Assembly (NCBI GenBank): GCA_951804945.1
Contig: OX638152.1
Span: 86,366,001 to 86,430,000 of the forward strand
DNA from: Podarcis cretensis
Taxonomy: Eukaryota
Direction of reading: 5' to 3'
DNA: 64,000 nt
Positions 14,184-27,100 of the stretch are shown here, piece after piece. The translations under genes were made by a program, and so were the position numbers. Each line of letters starts with the position of its first letter. Position 1 is the stretch's first letter. Under the pieces are notes generated by a model. That model did no database searches. It was not told the DNA's origin and saw only the letters and a program-made list of their open reading frames with translations.

Positions 14184-14432
14184 CAGTCATACCTCAGGTT
14201 GAAGTTGCTTCAGGTTGAGTGTTTTCGGGTGTGCACTCCATGGCAACCCGGAAGTAACGGAACACGTTACTTCCGGGTTTCGTCACTCGTGCATGCGCAG
14301 TCAAAATGACGTCAAGCGCATGCGCAGAAGTGGTGAATTACAACCCTTGAATGCACAGACGTGGGTTGTGTTCATTTCAGGATGTGAACGGGGCTCCGGA
14401 ACGGATCCAGTTCGTATCCAGAGGTACCACTG
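14184..14432 (+). mobile_element. Tc1/mariner MITE family B
   Basis: TA|CAGTCATACCTC...GAGGTACCACTG|TA; internal hairpin AACCCGGAAGTAAC...GTTACTTCCGGGTT. Confidence 0.82.
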
Positions 14433-15046
14433 TATTGCAAATAAGTTACACTTTCTCCGATTCTGACTCTTGTGGGTAATGAAACAATTCCATTTTGGGC
14501 AAAAGTCATTTTGTCAATACAACTGGGATTTACGGACGTTCTAGATTTCCAGTTCCTGGCTAGAATTTGTACAGTGACAAGTTAAACAATTCCATGCATT
14601 GTCATTTTTGTATGAAGCTCTTTTCAAAGAAAATACTATTTTAAAACACTTGTTTTATGCTTGAATAAAGAGTGTTTTGTTCACAAGAAGAGAAGTAGTG
14701 TTTAAAGTACCATAAAGGAAAAAGTACTTGTTCTGAACAGCAGGTATGTACTGAAATGTTCAATGCACAAACGTATAGGTATGAGGAGTCGCAATGGGTT
14801 ACCGGATCTATGCAATTAAAAGAATTATCATAGAAGTGACTCGCAGGGGAGACACAAGTAGAGCAAAGGAATTATGAGAATAATAAATAATACCCACAAG
14901 GGGGGAAAAAACCCCAAGGGAAATTCTGGACAAAGTAACATAAGAAAGTAACAAGATAATAAGGAACTACAGTCGTACACTGGCTCCCAAACACCTTGCA
15001 AGTAGAATGTTTTGGCTCCTGAACGCCGCAAACCCAGAAGTGAGTA

Positions 15047-15275
15047 CAGTGGTACCTCGGGTTACATACGCTTCAGGTTACAGACTCCCCTAACCCAGAA
15101 ATAGTGCTTCAGGTTAAGCACTTTGCTTCAGGATGAGAACAGAAATCGTGCTCCAGCGGCACAGCGGCAGCAGCAGGAGGCCCCATTAGCTAAAGTGGTG
15201 CTTCAGGTTAAGAACAGTTTCAGGTTAAGAACGGACCTCCGGAACGAATTAAGTACTTGACCTGAGGTACCACTG
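15047..15275 (+). mobile_element. Tc1/mariner MITE family A
   Basis: Full TIRs and TA TSD. Confidence 0.9.
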
Positions 15276-15440
15276 TACAGCAATGCATATCTGCATAATT
15301 TATTTATTTAATCAACATATGAACTTGCCAGGCACGCAGTTTAGATATTTTAATGTGTGTAGGGCTTGCCTAAGTACTACAATTAATAAACACACAAAAA
15401 AATACTGCTACTGCTTTCTACTTGGCTTGGAAACATTCCA

Positions 15441-15656
15441 AACAGTTTCAGGTTAAGTACGGACCTCCGGAACGAATTAAGTACTTAACCTGAGGTACCA
15501 CTGTATTCCGTTTGGAACCTGAATGTCCAATGGGGCTTCTGATTGGCTGCAGGAGCTTCCTGCAGCCAATCAGAAGTTGTGTCTTGGGTTTCCAAACGTT
15601 TTGGAAGTCAAACAAACTTCCGGAACGGATTCCGTTTGACTTCCGAGGTACCACTG
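15441..15656 (+). mobile_element. Composite: right end of MITE family A (15441-15503) followed by right part of sister MITE family C (15506-15656)
   Basis: Two successive GAGGTACCACTG|TA right ends with no left TIR; internal hairpin CTTCTGATTGGCTGCAGGA...TCCTGCAGCCAATCAGAAG. Confidence 0.75.
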
Positions 15657-16180
15657 TATAAGAGAGAGGTTCAGAATGGGGGTGGGGAGTATGTCATCTT
15701 GAATAAAAAGCTCTCTAATGCTTATCACAGCATCATCCTTCCAATCAGAATACATATATTCTTTGCCTCTTTTCCCCAATCAGTGCTAGAGGTCATGGAC
15801 TTTGTCACCGCTGAGGAATATAGTTCTTCCACGCTCCCAAACAGCATCAAACATGGCCTGAAGTCTTGAGAAGAAATTTGGAGCTGTGATGAGGAGCTTT
15901 CTCCCCCCGCCGCCTTCTAAGCTCTGCTGACAACCTCCCATTAAATCAGATTATTTATTAATTTAGTGAGCTGATAAGGCATCTTTTGTGTATAGTCCAA
16001 CACAGAACACCGAGCTTCTGTGCAGCTGGCATACTCTGTATTAGCACATTAACACGAACGGCATATAAATAGGCAATATTCCCTCAGCTGAAGAGGCCAG
16101 ATAGTGAGGTAGGGTGGCATCGGGATTCACTCCCAGCCCTTCTCTTGTCACATTTTTTTTGCTGTCATGGCAACTAGATC

Positions 16181-16208
<28 letters not shown>
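16181..16208. repeat. (CAG)9 microsatellite
   Basis: Direct reading. Confidence 0.95.
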
Positions 16209-16211
<3 letters not shown>

Positions 16212-16461
16212 GTTAGCTTGGTTTTCAACTTCACAGCAGCACTATTTCAGAGGAAGGAGCAGGATGCAGCTGGCAGAAAGACCAGCAGTTCCCATAACTG
16301 CTTCTTTTCTGCTTTCCCTTTGCTGCTGATCTTTAACCGATTCTTTAGACAAGGATTTCCATTTGCCCAGATTGAGGAGTTGCTCGGTTTATCAAAACCT
16401 TGGTCTGCCTTTTTTTAAAAAAACAAAAACAAAACAAAACTGTTTTTATTTATTTTCATGG

Positions 16462-16812
16462 GAAAGGTAAAGGGTAAAGGGACCCCTGACCATTAGGTCC
16501 AGTCGTGGCCGACTCTGGGGTTGTGGCACTCATCTCGCTTTATTGGCCGAGGGAGCCAGCGTACAGCTTCCAGGTCATGACTAAGCCGCTTCTGGAGAAC
16601 CAGAGCAGAAACGCACGGAAACGCCGTTTACCTTCCCACCAGAGCAGTACCTATTTATCTACTTGCACTTTGAGGTGCTTTCGAACTGCTAGGTTGGTAG
16701 GAGCAGGGACCAAGCAATAGGAGCTCACCCTGTTGTGGGGATTCGAACCACCGACCTTCTGATCGGATAGTCCTAGGCTCTGTGGTTTAACCCACAGCGC
16801 CACCTGCATCCC
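16462..16812 (-). mobile_element. Sauria SINE, full length
   Basis: Reverse copy; TSD TTATTTTCATGG at 16450-16461 and 16813-16824. Confidence 0.9.
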
Positions 16813-17020
16813 TTATTTTCATGGTACAAAAAATCAATGTTGAGGAAACAGTTGTTACAGCAGTAAACAACAAGTAACATGTCCTGATAAAATTACAGGC
16901 TTTTATCATGCCACGTGTTACAATTTTCACTTGATTACTCTTAAAAGGTCTGCTTTGAGCCAGTCCATGTTTCTGCTGGGATTTTTGTTTAGCACTCTAT
17001 GAAGAAGACTGGCTTTAGCC

Positions 17021-17215
17021 CAGTGTTCTGCCCACTTCCGGGTTGGAGGAGCACCGGAAATAGCTTGTGCGCATGCACAAGCGTTATTTCCAGTGCACAT
17101 CCAGGTCGGAGGAGGCCCATGCACATGCGCACAAGCTATTTCCGGTGCTCCTCTGACCCGGAAGTGCACCGGAAATAGCGTGTGCACACGCATATGGGCA
17201 TGCGCTCCCCCGCCC
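17021..17215. repeat. Nested inverted repeats, probably the interior of a DNA-transposon derivative
   Basis: CACTTCCGGGTTGGAGGAGCACCGGAAATAGCTTGTGCGCATG pairs with CATGCGCACAAGCTATTTCCGGTGCTCCTCTGACCCGGAAGTG; third CACCGGAAATAGC copy. Confidence 0.7.
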
Positions 17216-17519
17216 TCAATGCAATCGGTGCTGGAGACACTGGCTGGTATAGATGGGCAAGTGTTGGTAGCCAAGGTCCCTGATAGGCCCATTGCTACTG
17301 ACCCAGGCCTCTTAAAACCATTTAAAATACCATTTTTAAAATGACTTGGTGCTGTGAGAAGAAATGCAGGGTAGAGGCTGCCATCTACCTTAGCCCCAAG
17401 TGCCTGGGGGCCCTGGCCTGGGCTGACCCAGAGAGCCACTGCCTCACCTAGCTGTTCTCTTCACAACACGGTAACATGGCTTTCAGAGGCATCACCTATC
17501 CCAAATGCTGCCCTGCTAT

Positions 17520-18245
17520 ACTTCTTCTTTGGTGATCACCCGTACCCGAGTAAAACTGTCTTCCATGAACATGGTCTTAACAGTGAGTCTGTAAGTGACT
17601 GTGGAGGCCAATTCTGGATCCACACGTCCTTCCACAGTGGGACATAGGGAGTTGATCACGGTGAGGGTTTGCCAAGCGTGCCTTCCTCTTAGCACGTTTC
17701 TCCCTTTCATCCTGAGTTTGAGCGTCTTCAAAGCCCATGACACCTTCAGTAAAGGCTGTTCTCCAACTGGAGCGCTTGCAGGCCAGTGTTTCCTAGCTGT
17801 TAGTGTTTATACTACATTTTTAAAGATTTGCCTTGAGAGAGTCTTTAAAGCTGTTTTGTTGACCACCGGCATTACGCTTTCCATTTTTAAGTTTGGAATA
17901 GTGTCGTTGCTTTGGAAGACAATAAACAGGCATCAGCACATCATGACCAGTCCAACCGAGTTGAAGAATCATTGCTTCGACACTGGTGATCTTTGCTTCT
18001 TCCAGTACACTGTCATTTGTTTTGGCTGTCTTCCCAAGTGATGTGTAAAATTTTTCAGAGACACCGTTGATGGAATCTTTCAAGGAACTGGGAGATAGTT
18101 TTTGTAAGTGGTCCATGTTTCACAAGCATACAGTAATGTTGGCAGTACAATAGCTTTGTAAGCAAGCATTTTGGTTTCCCTGTGAATGTCCCAGTCCTCA
18201 AACACTCTGTACTTCAATCAGAAGAAAGCTGCTCTTGCAGAGCTC
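17520..18245 (-). mobile_element. RTE-clade LINE 3' fragment (degenerate RT C-terminus)
   Basis: Frameshifted translation TNDSVLEEAKITSVEAMILQ..WTGH...LPKQ..YS.LKNGKRNAGGQQ..FKDSLKANL is typical of RTE ORFs; (GAA)n tail. Confidence 0.85.
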
Positions 18246-18402
18246 GGGCAATGCTGGATTCTTTGGTAACTTGGGCCAGCTGTGGGGGTTAGATACCAGG
18301 GTGTGGTACTGGGGGCCCTAGTGCCCAGAGCCCCTCAAACTTTGTGATGGCCCAGAAAATTGACGTCGCTTGATTAGACATCAATCCTTAAGTCTATAAG
18401 TA

Positions 18403-18627
18403 CAGTGGTACCTCGGGTTACAAACACTTCAGGTTATATACGCTTCAGGTTACAGACTCCGCTAACCCAGAAGTAGTGCTTCAGGTTAAGAACTTTGCTT
18501 CAGGATGAGAACAGAAATTGTGCTCTGGCGGCGCAGCGGGAGGCCCCATTAGCTAAAGTGGTGCTTCAGGTTAAGAACAGTTTCAGGTTAAGAACGGACC
18601 TCCGGAACAAATTAAGTACTTAACCTG
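18403..18627 (+). mobile_element. Tc1/mariner MITE family A, right TIR tip deleted
   Basis: TA|CAGTGGTACCTCGGG start; ends at TACTTAACCTG. Confidence 0.85.
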
Positions 18628-19786
18628 CATAAGACAATGAATCATAAATTCCCTGGTTCAAATTTTGCCTCTGACATGAAGACACAATTTCCTCCTCCTG
18701 CCCCAAGCTACATTTTCTAAAGTACGGTAACTTAAGGATTGACACACAAAGTTTTGTTTTGATTTTCTTAAAGGATCTACACATTGTGCTGTATTTACTA
18801 ACCAAAACTATAACTGTGCAGCTGGCATTAACATTAGATTCCTGGGTGCTCTGCAGAAATAGCAAGCAAGCACAAAAGCACAGCTCTGAGTTATTCTCCT
18901 GAGCTTTCCAGCTTTGTAGGTGATGCCTTTTCAACTTGGTTATTTGTGTTCACGTCTTGAGTAGCGACAGATTTGAATAATGGCATTAGATCTAAGCAGC
19001 AGCTATTGATAGCTTCACACAGACTCGCACATATCACCTAATATCTTAAGTGGACCTATAACATACATGCAGAGAGCACAATCAGAAGCAAACAGGATGG
19101 CAGGAGAAATTAAGAGCATGAGAAGCTATGAATTGTCCTTTCTTTTTGCCATATTTAATTGGAAATAGCTACAACCTTGAGAGAGTAGTTTAGAAAAAGC
19201 TGAAATTCAGTGCCCTGCAAGTGTTACTCAAAATGCAAAGCAGACTTTTTTAGTTCACTATGCAATTTTGATACGCTCAGAACAAAATTATTAGAGAGTG
19301 GAAAAGTTGTCTAGACAGTTAAGCTTTCTCTCCTATAATTCCCAGCCCATTTTCTCATTACTCATTGTTCTGTTAAACATAGATATTTACACCATCTCTA
19401 CTCTGCTAGCACAACACTTAGCTGTTCCAAAAAAAAAAAAAGGGAAAAAGCTAAGTAAGCAATTCTTTATCAGCACATAGTGGTTCATTAGGCCGCTCAT
19501 ATAATCAAAATCTTCCCTCAGGTTATTATAACACAACTAAACCACCCCTTGCCACTACAACTAAGCCACACCTTTGCTGGGTTTTCAGCATCAGATGAGA
19601 ATGTTTTTCATTTAGATACAAGTCTCCTTGTCTCTCTTGAATTCTTGCTGCTCAAGATGATTACTGATAGGGAAAAAAAACAAATCTCAAGAGAACAATG
19701 TATAGGAAATCTGTAATTTCTACCAGGGTGATTTATGCCGGTGTAACTTACCCCTATTCCAAACTCCATTCAATATAGTCGCTACT

Positions 19787-20112
19787 GAGGCAGCAATCCT
19801 TTGAAACTGGGTTGGACTTTTAGCACTGTTCTTGCCAGTACAACTTCTGATGGGGTTCCTAGGTCATGTGACCAAGCTGAAAGGAGTCCGGAATAAGGAA
19901 AATTCTCCCCCTGACTAATCCATCCCAGGAACACGCCTTTGGGGGGGAGGCTTATGCTAGCCATGGGTCAGCTGAGTCCCAGCTGAGACATGATGGAGGG
20001 TTTGGGTGGGCACATCTGAGCCAGGATGAGGGGCTTCAGCCAGCTCAGAGGTAGACCCACCTGTTCCAAATTCTGCTCCTCCCAGTGGATCTTGGGTTTG
20101 GATTGCTCCTTA
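19787..20112. mobile_element. Probable old PIF/Harbinger-type MITE
   Basis: AGGCAGCAATCC...GGATTGCTCCT|TAA ends; right end similar to 63576-63597. Confidence 0.4.
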
Positions 20113-20541
20113 AAACTTCATTTTAGTTTTATAAAATAATTTTGAAATTGTTTTGATGTATTGGCTTTCTTATATTGCAGTTCACCACTGCAGTAGCCTT
20201 TTTACTTTTAAGAACCTCTATCACTAAGTAAAGAGAAGATGCACAAAAAGGAAGGGGTGCTGAAACTGTGGGTTGCTTCTTTAAGGGGAACGGTTTGGGA
20301 AGTACACAGGGGGAACTCTATGGGGAGATCCTGTTATCTAAATTTCCACTGAACAGTATGAAAAGTGAAAGAAACTAGGATTTCCCACTCTTGGTTTTCT
20401 TCCCTTTTCTTCCCAGTTTTGTAAAAGCAGAGTTTTGTTTGTTATAATAAAAGTTCATCAGTTAATAAAATAAATCTGTGTTCAAGCAGTCAAGCTTCTG
20501 AGAACCTTAATTCTGTTAAGATAACATTGCCTGCTGCAATA

Positions 20542-20780
20542 GGTAAAAATAGGTGAAGGACCCCTGGACAGCTAAGTCCAGTCAAGGCGACTCTGGGGTT
20601 GTTCCCGCCACAGAGGTACCTATTTATCTACTCGCACTGGCATGCTTTCAAACTGCTAGGCTGGCAGAAGCTGGGACAGAGCAATGGGACCTCACTCCGT
20701 TGGGCAGAATTGAACCGCTGACCTTCCAATCAGCAAGCCCGAGAGGCTCAGTGGTTTAGACCACAGCGCCACCCGCACCC
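20542..20780 (-). mobile_element. Sauria SINE, older, internally deleted
   Basis: GGTACCTATTTATCTAC core, head and tail recognisable; short TGCAATA flank repeat. Confidence 0.75.
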
Positions 20781-21849
20781 TTGCAATAAAGGGTGTCGGG
20801 GAGGACCCCAGCCTTCTCCTAAGCGTCCTTTAATGCCTTCTAAATTCAAATGTGAACCTTTCTCAGAGTGCAGCACAGAAACACAGCTTTGCGGTGTTGA
20901 CTCAATCACAGCCCGTCTTCCCTGCTGTTAAGCTGTTTCCCCTGAGCAACAGAGAGGTGGGATATCAAAGCATTTCCCACCCCCCTTGCTGGCACATGTG
21001 ATTGAAGGGCAACAGTCAAACTCAGTTGAATTTAATAAGCAACATTAAATATACTTAACATGGAAGCCCCAAGGTGTAAAGTGAGTAAAGGCTGGTTAGG
21101 CTTTTAAAAACAAGTAGGTTAAAAACGAAACATAACATAAATAGATTGCTTAATTACAAATCAATCATGTAAGACTTTTAAATTAGCTTTGGGATATTTA
21201 TGTGGGGAATTATTTCTGTATGTGTAATTTATAAGGAGATTCCAGTAGGTTGGAAATGGGAAATATATTGGTTTTTTCTATGCCAGTACAAGTGTATAGT
21301 AAATCTTCAGTTGCTGTGCCAGCTTCCAAGTAATTATGGCCAGAATTCTACCTTTGGAATAGCGAATAGCCCAGAGAGAGGCTGGCAGGGCAATGTTGCC
21401 CCACCTCCATTTTTAATTAAGTATAATAAAAGCCCCCACCTCACAATTCATACAACTGAAAATAATTTTCATACAAATCTAGCAGGATAACCCAGCTCAG
21501 TGGGTCCAATGGGGAAATAACATGTTAATGGGATTTCCCCTTAGTTCAAGATTTTGTCTTCGCAGAGCCATATGCCACACGGAAACATTTGAAAGGCAAT
21601 TAGCAGACAGCAACAGCTTGCTGTATTAATTATTAGTTTATTTTCATAATAATAATAATAAAACAATCCTGCTTCAGAGGAAAGTAGTTTAGGTTTAGGG
21701 AGTCGATTATGAAAATGTGTTTCATTGCTTTAAAAAGGAAAAGCAAGATCAATCACAAATCAACGCTGCCAACAGATGGATCCATGCCAGTTTGGCTTCA
21801 GGCTGGCGTTCTATTTAGACCTCATATAACCCCTGTTATAAGACAGAAG

Positions 21850-22100
21850 GGGCACTGGTTGCCAGTTCGTTTAAACACTCATGGTGATGTTTGAAGCCCT
21901 AAACAACTCAAGTCCCAAACCTGTGAAAAACCGCCTCCTTCCCTACAGACCTTCTTGGGTGCTGAGGTCACCAGAGATTGTCCTCTTGCTCCTCCACCCT
22001 CAGCGGCTTGGAGGGTGGTGGCCCCTGAGCTGTGGAACTCCCTCCCCACAGACGAGCAGCTTCATTCTACAGCTTTCAGAAAATGCTCAAGATGCAGCTA
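21850..22100 (+). mobile_element. Old L2 ORF2 3' fragment
   Basis: HWLPV-like and VAPELWNSLP motifs. Confidence 0.65.
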
Positions 22101-22342
22101 CAGTGGTACCTCGGGTTACATACGCTTCAGGTTACATATGTTTCCGGTTACAGACTCTGCTAACCCAGAAATAGTACCTCAGGTTAAGAACTTTGCTTCA
22201 GGATGAGAACAGAAATTGAGCAGCGGCAGCGCGGCAGCAGCAGGAGGCCCCATTAGCTAAAGTGGTGCTTCAGGTTAAGAACAGCTTCAGGTTAAGAACA
22301 GACCTCTAGAACGAATTAAGTACTTAACCCGAGGTACCACTG
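22101..22342 (+). mobile_element. Tc1/mariner MITE family A inserted into an old L2 fragment
   Basis: Full TIRs, TA TSD. Confidence 0.9.
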
Positions 22343-22495
22343 TATTATCCATCCTGGTTCATGACACTTAACCTGTATATTTTTAGGAGAGATTTTATTT
22401 TTGTGATTCTAGGTTGTTTTTTATAATAATATTTATTAAATTTTACATTCTAGGTTGTTTTAAACAGTTTTTAAAGGATGAAAAGTGGGTTGTTA

Positions 22496-22497
<2 letters not shown>

Positions 22498-22534
<37 letters not shown>
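22498..22534. repeat. (TAA)n microsatellite
   Basis: Direct reading. Confidence 0.95.
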
Positions 22535-22535
<1 letters not shown>

Positions 22536-23047
22536 TATTTTATTAAAGAAACACTTTCTTGGGTTCCCCCTTGGGAATGCAGCAAAAAGCAGCATTCAAG
22601 TAAAATATTTAGATTTCTCCATAGCAGGTGAGCCTCGACACAATCTCACCTACATTCTTCTAACTAGAATCAGGAGGAAGAGACAAAATAAGCCTACACA
22701 AGTTATAAATTCTAAGGTATTCTGAGGACTGAAGGCTTATCGAGTTTCCAAAAATATCTGAGCTCCAAAATGCAGAACAAATTTTATTTGCTCACTGAAT
22801 TTCTGGAATAAAAGATCCAAACAAAAGTGAGCACATGAGCTGCAGAATTTGGCTACTACTCTTCTTAGTAGTGCTTGCTAAATGGTCTGGATTTATACCA
22901 ATGTGTTTAAAACAGGTAACATATAAGCACATGTAAATATACAAAACTTCAGTGAGGAAGGGGAATAACTCTTCCTCCATTTTAAACACCCTGCTAAAAT
23001 CCAGAATTCCTGCCTGACTCCAAAATTTATTCCTAGTGCTAGTTAAA

Positions 23048-23330
23048 AAGGTAAAGGGACCCCTGACCATTAGGTCCAGTCGTGACCGACTCTGGGGTTG
23101 AGGCGCTCATCTCGCTTTAGTGGCCGAGGGAGCCGGCGCACAGCTTCTGGGTCACGTGGCCAGCATGTCTAAGCCGCTTCTGGCAAACCAGAGCAGCACA
23201 CGGAAACACCGTTTACCTTCCCGCCTATTTATCTACTTGCACTTGGACGTACTTTCGAACTGCTAGGTTGGCAGGAGCAGGGACCGAGCAACAGGAGCTC
23301 ACCCCGTCACGAGGATTCGAACAGCCGACC
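23048..23330 (-). mobile_element. Sauria SINE (5'-truncated)
   Basis: AAAGGTAAAGGGACCCCTGACC tail and diagnostic core. Confidence 0.88.
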
Positions 23331-24052
23331 ATCTTGCTTTTAATACCTGCACACTGTGAACTCTGATGTAAGCATACAGTTTGCTGCAGACCTTCAGCTG
23401 TAAGTGGAAAATAGGAGATGGGGAGAAAATAATGCAATCGTGGGTTAACAAGCAGTTCGATTTAAAGGAGAATGATAGACAACTTACTGGAGCTGACCAG
23501 GTGGGACTTACCCCCCAGGTAAGATTGCACCCTCAGTCTAGACCTCTCATTTTCTCCAGTGGTTAAAGACTGTGGTTGTTTATAAAAGCACTTTGATTTC
23601 ATGGACCACAGTGCTTCTTTTGGTGTCAAAACATTATAAAGATGGTCATTTCCTCATTTCTCCTTTCAAACATGCCTTGAGCAAGTACTATAGACTGAAA
23701 AAGATTTGTTTTCAGAATCAAGCTGGCTGTGCTAGTCCTCCCCTGGGAAAGGAAACAGGGGGGCATTGGAGTGCAGAACCTATGAGCAGAGACAGGCCTA
23801 TATTGCCAGCAGGAAACCACTAATTAAGGCAAGTGTACTGCAGTTATGAGAGGAGATAATTGGTGCTGGTGAATGCAAACAGCAAGCTAAACACTGTGTT
23901 TGGAGTTGCAGTCCACAGTTTTCAGCAGTCTCAGTTTATTTGAAATAATCACCACCGCTTTAGGGGTTCCTGTAACGGACCATACATTTCTGCTGTTGGG
24001 ATTTTCTCTCCTGGCTAAGCAATGTTTTCAAGGCATCAGCTGTGGTCAAGTA

Positions 24053-24430
24053 CCGTATTTTTCACACCATAAGGCGCACCTGACCATAAGGCGCACCTAG
24101 TTTTTAGAGGGGGGAATCAAGAAAAAAATATTATGGATGGATCCTGCTCACTGTCACTATGGCAATTCCCCCACCTCCCGCAAAAGCCCACAGGAGCTGA
24201 GCACCCTTTAAGGAGCTCCTGCAGGTTTTTCTAGAGGAGGGAGAAGGGACTGGCAGCATCAGTCCCTTCTCCCTCCTGGGGAAAAGCCCGCAAGAGCCGC
24301 GGGGAGCTTGTGTGCGGCTCTTGGGGTCTTTTCCTGCTCCCCCCCCCCGCATTCGCTCCGTAAGACGCACACACATTTCCCCTTACTTTTTAGGAGGGAA
24401 AAAGTGTGTCTTATGGAGCAAAAAATACGG
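24053..24430. mobile_element. pogo/Tigger-like MITE (CCGTATTTTT TIR)
   Basis: TA|CCGTATTTTTC...AAAAATACGG|TA. Confidence 0.85.
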
Positions 24431-24664
24431 TATGTTCCGCCAAGAGAGATATTCAGTGTAGCTGACATTAGCAAAATGGTGTTTGCTGAGAGGCTGGAGA
24501 ACTGCTTTGTGCAGAATCGTGTAACGGAGCGGTTGGCAACTGGAGGCCCTGATCCAAACTATGACACCCATGAGCATGAATTCTGTTGCTTTTTTTTGAG
24601 CAGAGACCCTGGTAAAGGGGCTTTTTCTGCCTCTGCAAAAAAGTTGCTGATCAGGGCTCTAAAC

Positions 24665-24800
24665 CAGGCATAGGCAAACTCGGCCCTCCAGATGTTTTGG
24701 GACTACAACTCCCATCATCCCTAGCTAACAGGACCAGTGGTCAGGGATGATGGGAGCTGTAGTCCCAAAACAGCTGGGGGGCCGGGTTTGCCTATGCCTG
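24665..24800. mobile_element. Palindromic hAT MITE (136 bp)
   Basis: CAGGCATAGGCAAAC...GTTTGCCTATGCCTG; imperfect TSD CTCTAAAC/CTGTAAAT. Confidence 0.85.
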
Positions 24801-25072
24801 CTGTAAATAATACTAGAAAGTATTTGCTGTTTCTGTCCTCTCCTTGTCCTCAATGCTAAAGAGAAATCAGCTCCCTGCTGCTTATTAGAGTGTGAATGAG
24901 AGGTATTGAGTATTCATTGATATTTTCTATAGGGTGCCACGACCCAGTGGAGAATTTGCTGATCCTCATTATTCCTGCAGGCTATCAATTATGTTAACAC
25001 TGGTTTCAAGAGAATTGGGGGTGGGAATGTGGAAGTAAAATTTAACTGGAAGATTGTATTCATTGGTTATAC

Positions 25073-25073
<1 letters not shown>

Positions 25074-25107
<34 letters not shown>
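25074..25107. repeat. (ATT)n microsatellite
   Basis: Direct reading. Confidence 0.95.
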
Positions 25108-25109
<2 letters not shown>

Positions 25110-25784
25110 CATCAAATTCGGCTTATGTCACCGTTTAGTGCAGCGGTTCTGCCTTAGTGTTTCAACTTAAAATCCACGTATGTGTTATATGCATTTGTGC
25201 TTGTAGTATCATTTTAGGAAAATGCAACAGAGAACAAATTCTATTTGATACCATTTCTATAAAATGACATCTGGATTGGAGCAATACTTTTCCTTACTGC
25301 AACTCTGTTAAGAAAACAATTCACAGTTTTAGGGCTTCAGTGCATGCTCTCTGCCTATTTGGACGGAAGGTTTAACAACATTCCTGCTCACCAAAGGCTT
25401 TGTATCTGTGAGTCTGGAGAAGTTGAGAATATATCACACTACTTTTATTAAGCTGTCCCTCGTACGAGTCCCCCAAGGTATAAATTTCTCATCTGTATCC
25501 TCTGCTCCTTGCCAAACAAGACTCTCCGTTCCCTCTGAACAGGTTTGTAAACTGCTAGCAGGCAATGACATATTACTATCCAGGCTGCAAAATTTGCTCT
25601 GGCTGCTAGAAAATGAAGAGCAAGAGATAACAAAATAATGCCATAGTAGGGTGAGAGAGATGTGGTTTTGCTCCTTCATATCTGCAATACCTATGCACTA
25701 CGTAATTCACAGAGAGACCAGGATTCCTTTTGTTCCACAAGTCTTTTGTTGCTGTTCCTTTTCTTATGTGTGTTACTTGAAATA

Positions 25785-25990
25785 TAGATAGATAGATAGA
25801 TACGATAGATATGGACTTTATTTGCGTAACCGACAGGCCATAGCATCAAAGGACAAACACCAACAAAAATACATTACGAATATAGTTACCATAAAATCTT
25901 ATGACCTATTAAAACCCTAGGTAGAAGCTGGATTATCATTCATCCATGACCCTCTGTCCCATGGGCGGCGGCCTTTTCTCTAGTAGATTG
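25785..25990 (-). mobile_element. Probable RTE-X LINE 3' end with (TATC)n tail
   Basis: Reverse strand ATGGCCTGTCGGTTACGCAAATAAAG followed by TATC repeats. Confidence 0.4.
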
Positions 25991-26793
25991 TTCCAGGTCG
26001 GTTAAGTGAATGTATTTGATATAATGTGTTAAACTGATCTGTATTTTCATACGTATTTTGTTTTTCTATATGTACTGAATGGTGGTGGCCTACAGCTCTA
26101 TGCAAGTGTTTCATTTCAGTTCAATATAAACTTTGATGAAAATGAATAGCTTGTGTATGTGGGGGAGTAGGTTTTACAGAAGAAATGAAACATTTTAATG
26201 CATGACATAAAATAATCATACTGTAAAATGCACCACTTCTTTAAAATTGCACTTGATAGGTTCATATGCATTCTTTTCAAAGAAATTCACAAAAGTGAAG
26301 GTAAGCCATGCTTTCAACACGCTAGAGTAACACAGTAGCTGGGGTTTTAGTGTCACATAATTTGAAAGAACCATCTGATTTAATTAATTATTGTAATGGC
26401 CCAATCCTGAGCCAACTTAGTTATTAGGATGGAACATTCAGAGTGTTGTCCCAAAACACAAAATAAGCCCATGATCACATAAACCTGCCATTCTGCTATG
26501 TTGTTATCTATGGTTTTATTCTGGTTTGTTTTATTTTAAATCATGGGATATGACAACTCCATATAAATTAGCTTGAGGTGTCGCATTGGGTGTGAAGAAG
26601 AATAGAATTGGTTTAAACATTTCAAAAAATAGTATTCGTTCATTTCCATTTCCGTTCTGCCCTTTATATAAACCCCATAGCAGGAATCGACAATATTAAA
26701 ACACCCACAATAAAATTACATGAAGCAACACTATCTCAGATACCTGGTCCCCAAGTTGTTTAGTGCTTTGAAGGTCAATATCAACACTTAGAA

Positions 26794-27100
26794 CAGAGGT
26801 CAGCAAACTTTTTCAGCAGGGGGCCGGTCCACGGTCCCTCAGACCTTGTGGGGGGCCGCACTATATTTTGAAAAAAATAAATAAAAATGAATAAATTCCT
26901 ATGCCCCACAAATAACCCAGAGATGCATTTTAAATAAAAGCATACATTCTACTCATGTAAAAACACCAGGCAGGCCCCACAAATAACCCAGAGATGCATT
27001 TTAAATAAAAGGATATGCTGATTCCCGGACCATCCGCAGGCCAGATTTAGAAAGCGATTGGGCTGGATCCTGCCCCCAGGCCTTAGTTTGCCTACCCACG
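26794..27100. mobile_element. hAT (Charlie-like) MITE
   Basis: Perfect 8-bp TSD ACTTAGAA; CAGAGGTCAGCAAACT...AGTTTGCCTACCCACG ends; internal ~38-bp direct repeat. Confidence 0.85.

Noticed and set aside
16927-17439. 170-aa ORF (-)
   Set aside because: Produced by the inverted-repeat element; no protein-family features.
17820-18116. 98-aa ORF (-) as a host gene
   Set aside because: Frameshifted RTE LINE remnant.
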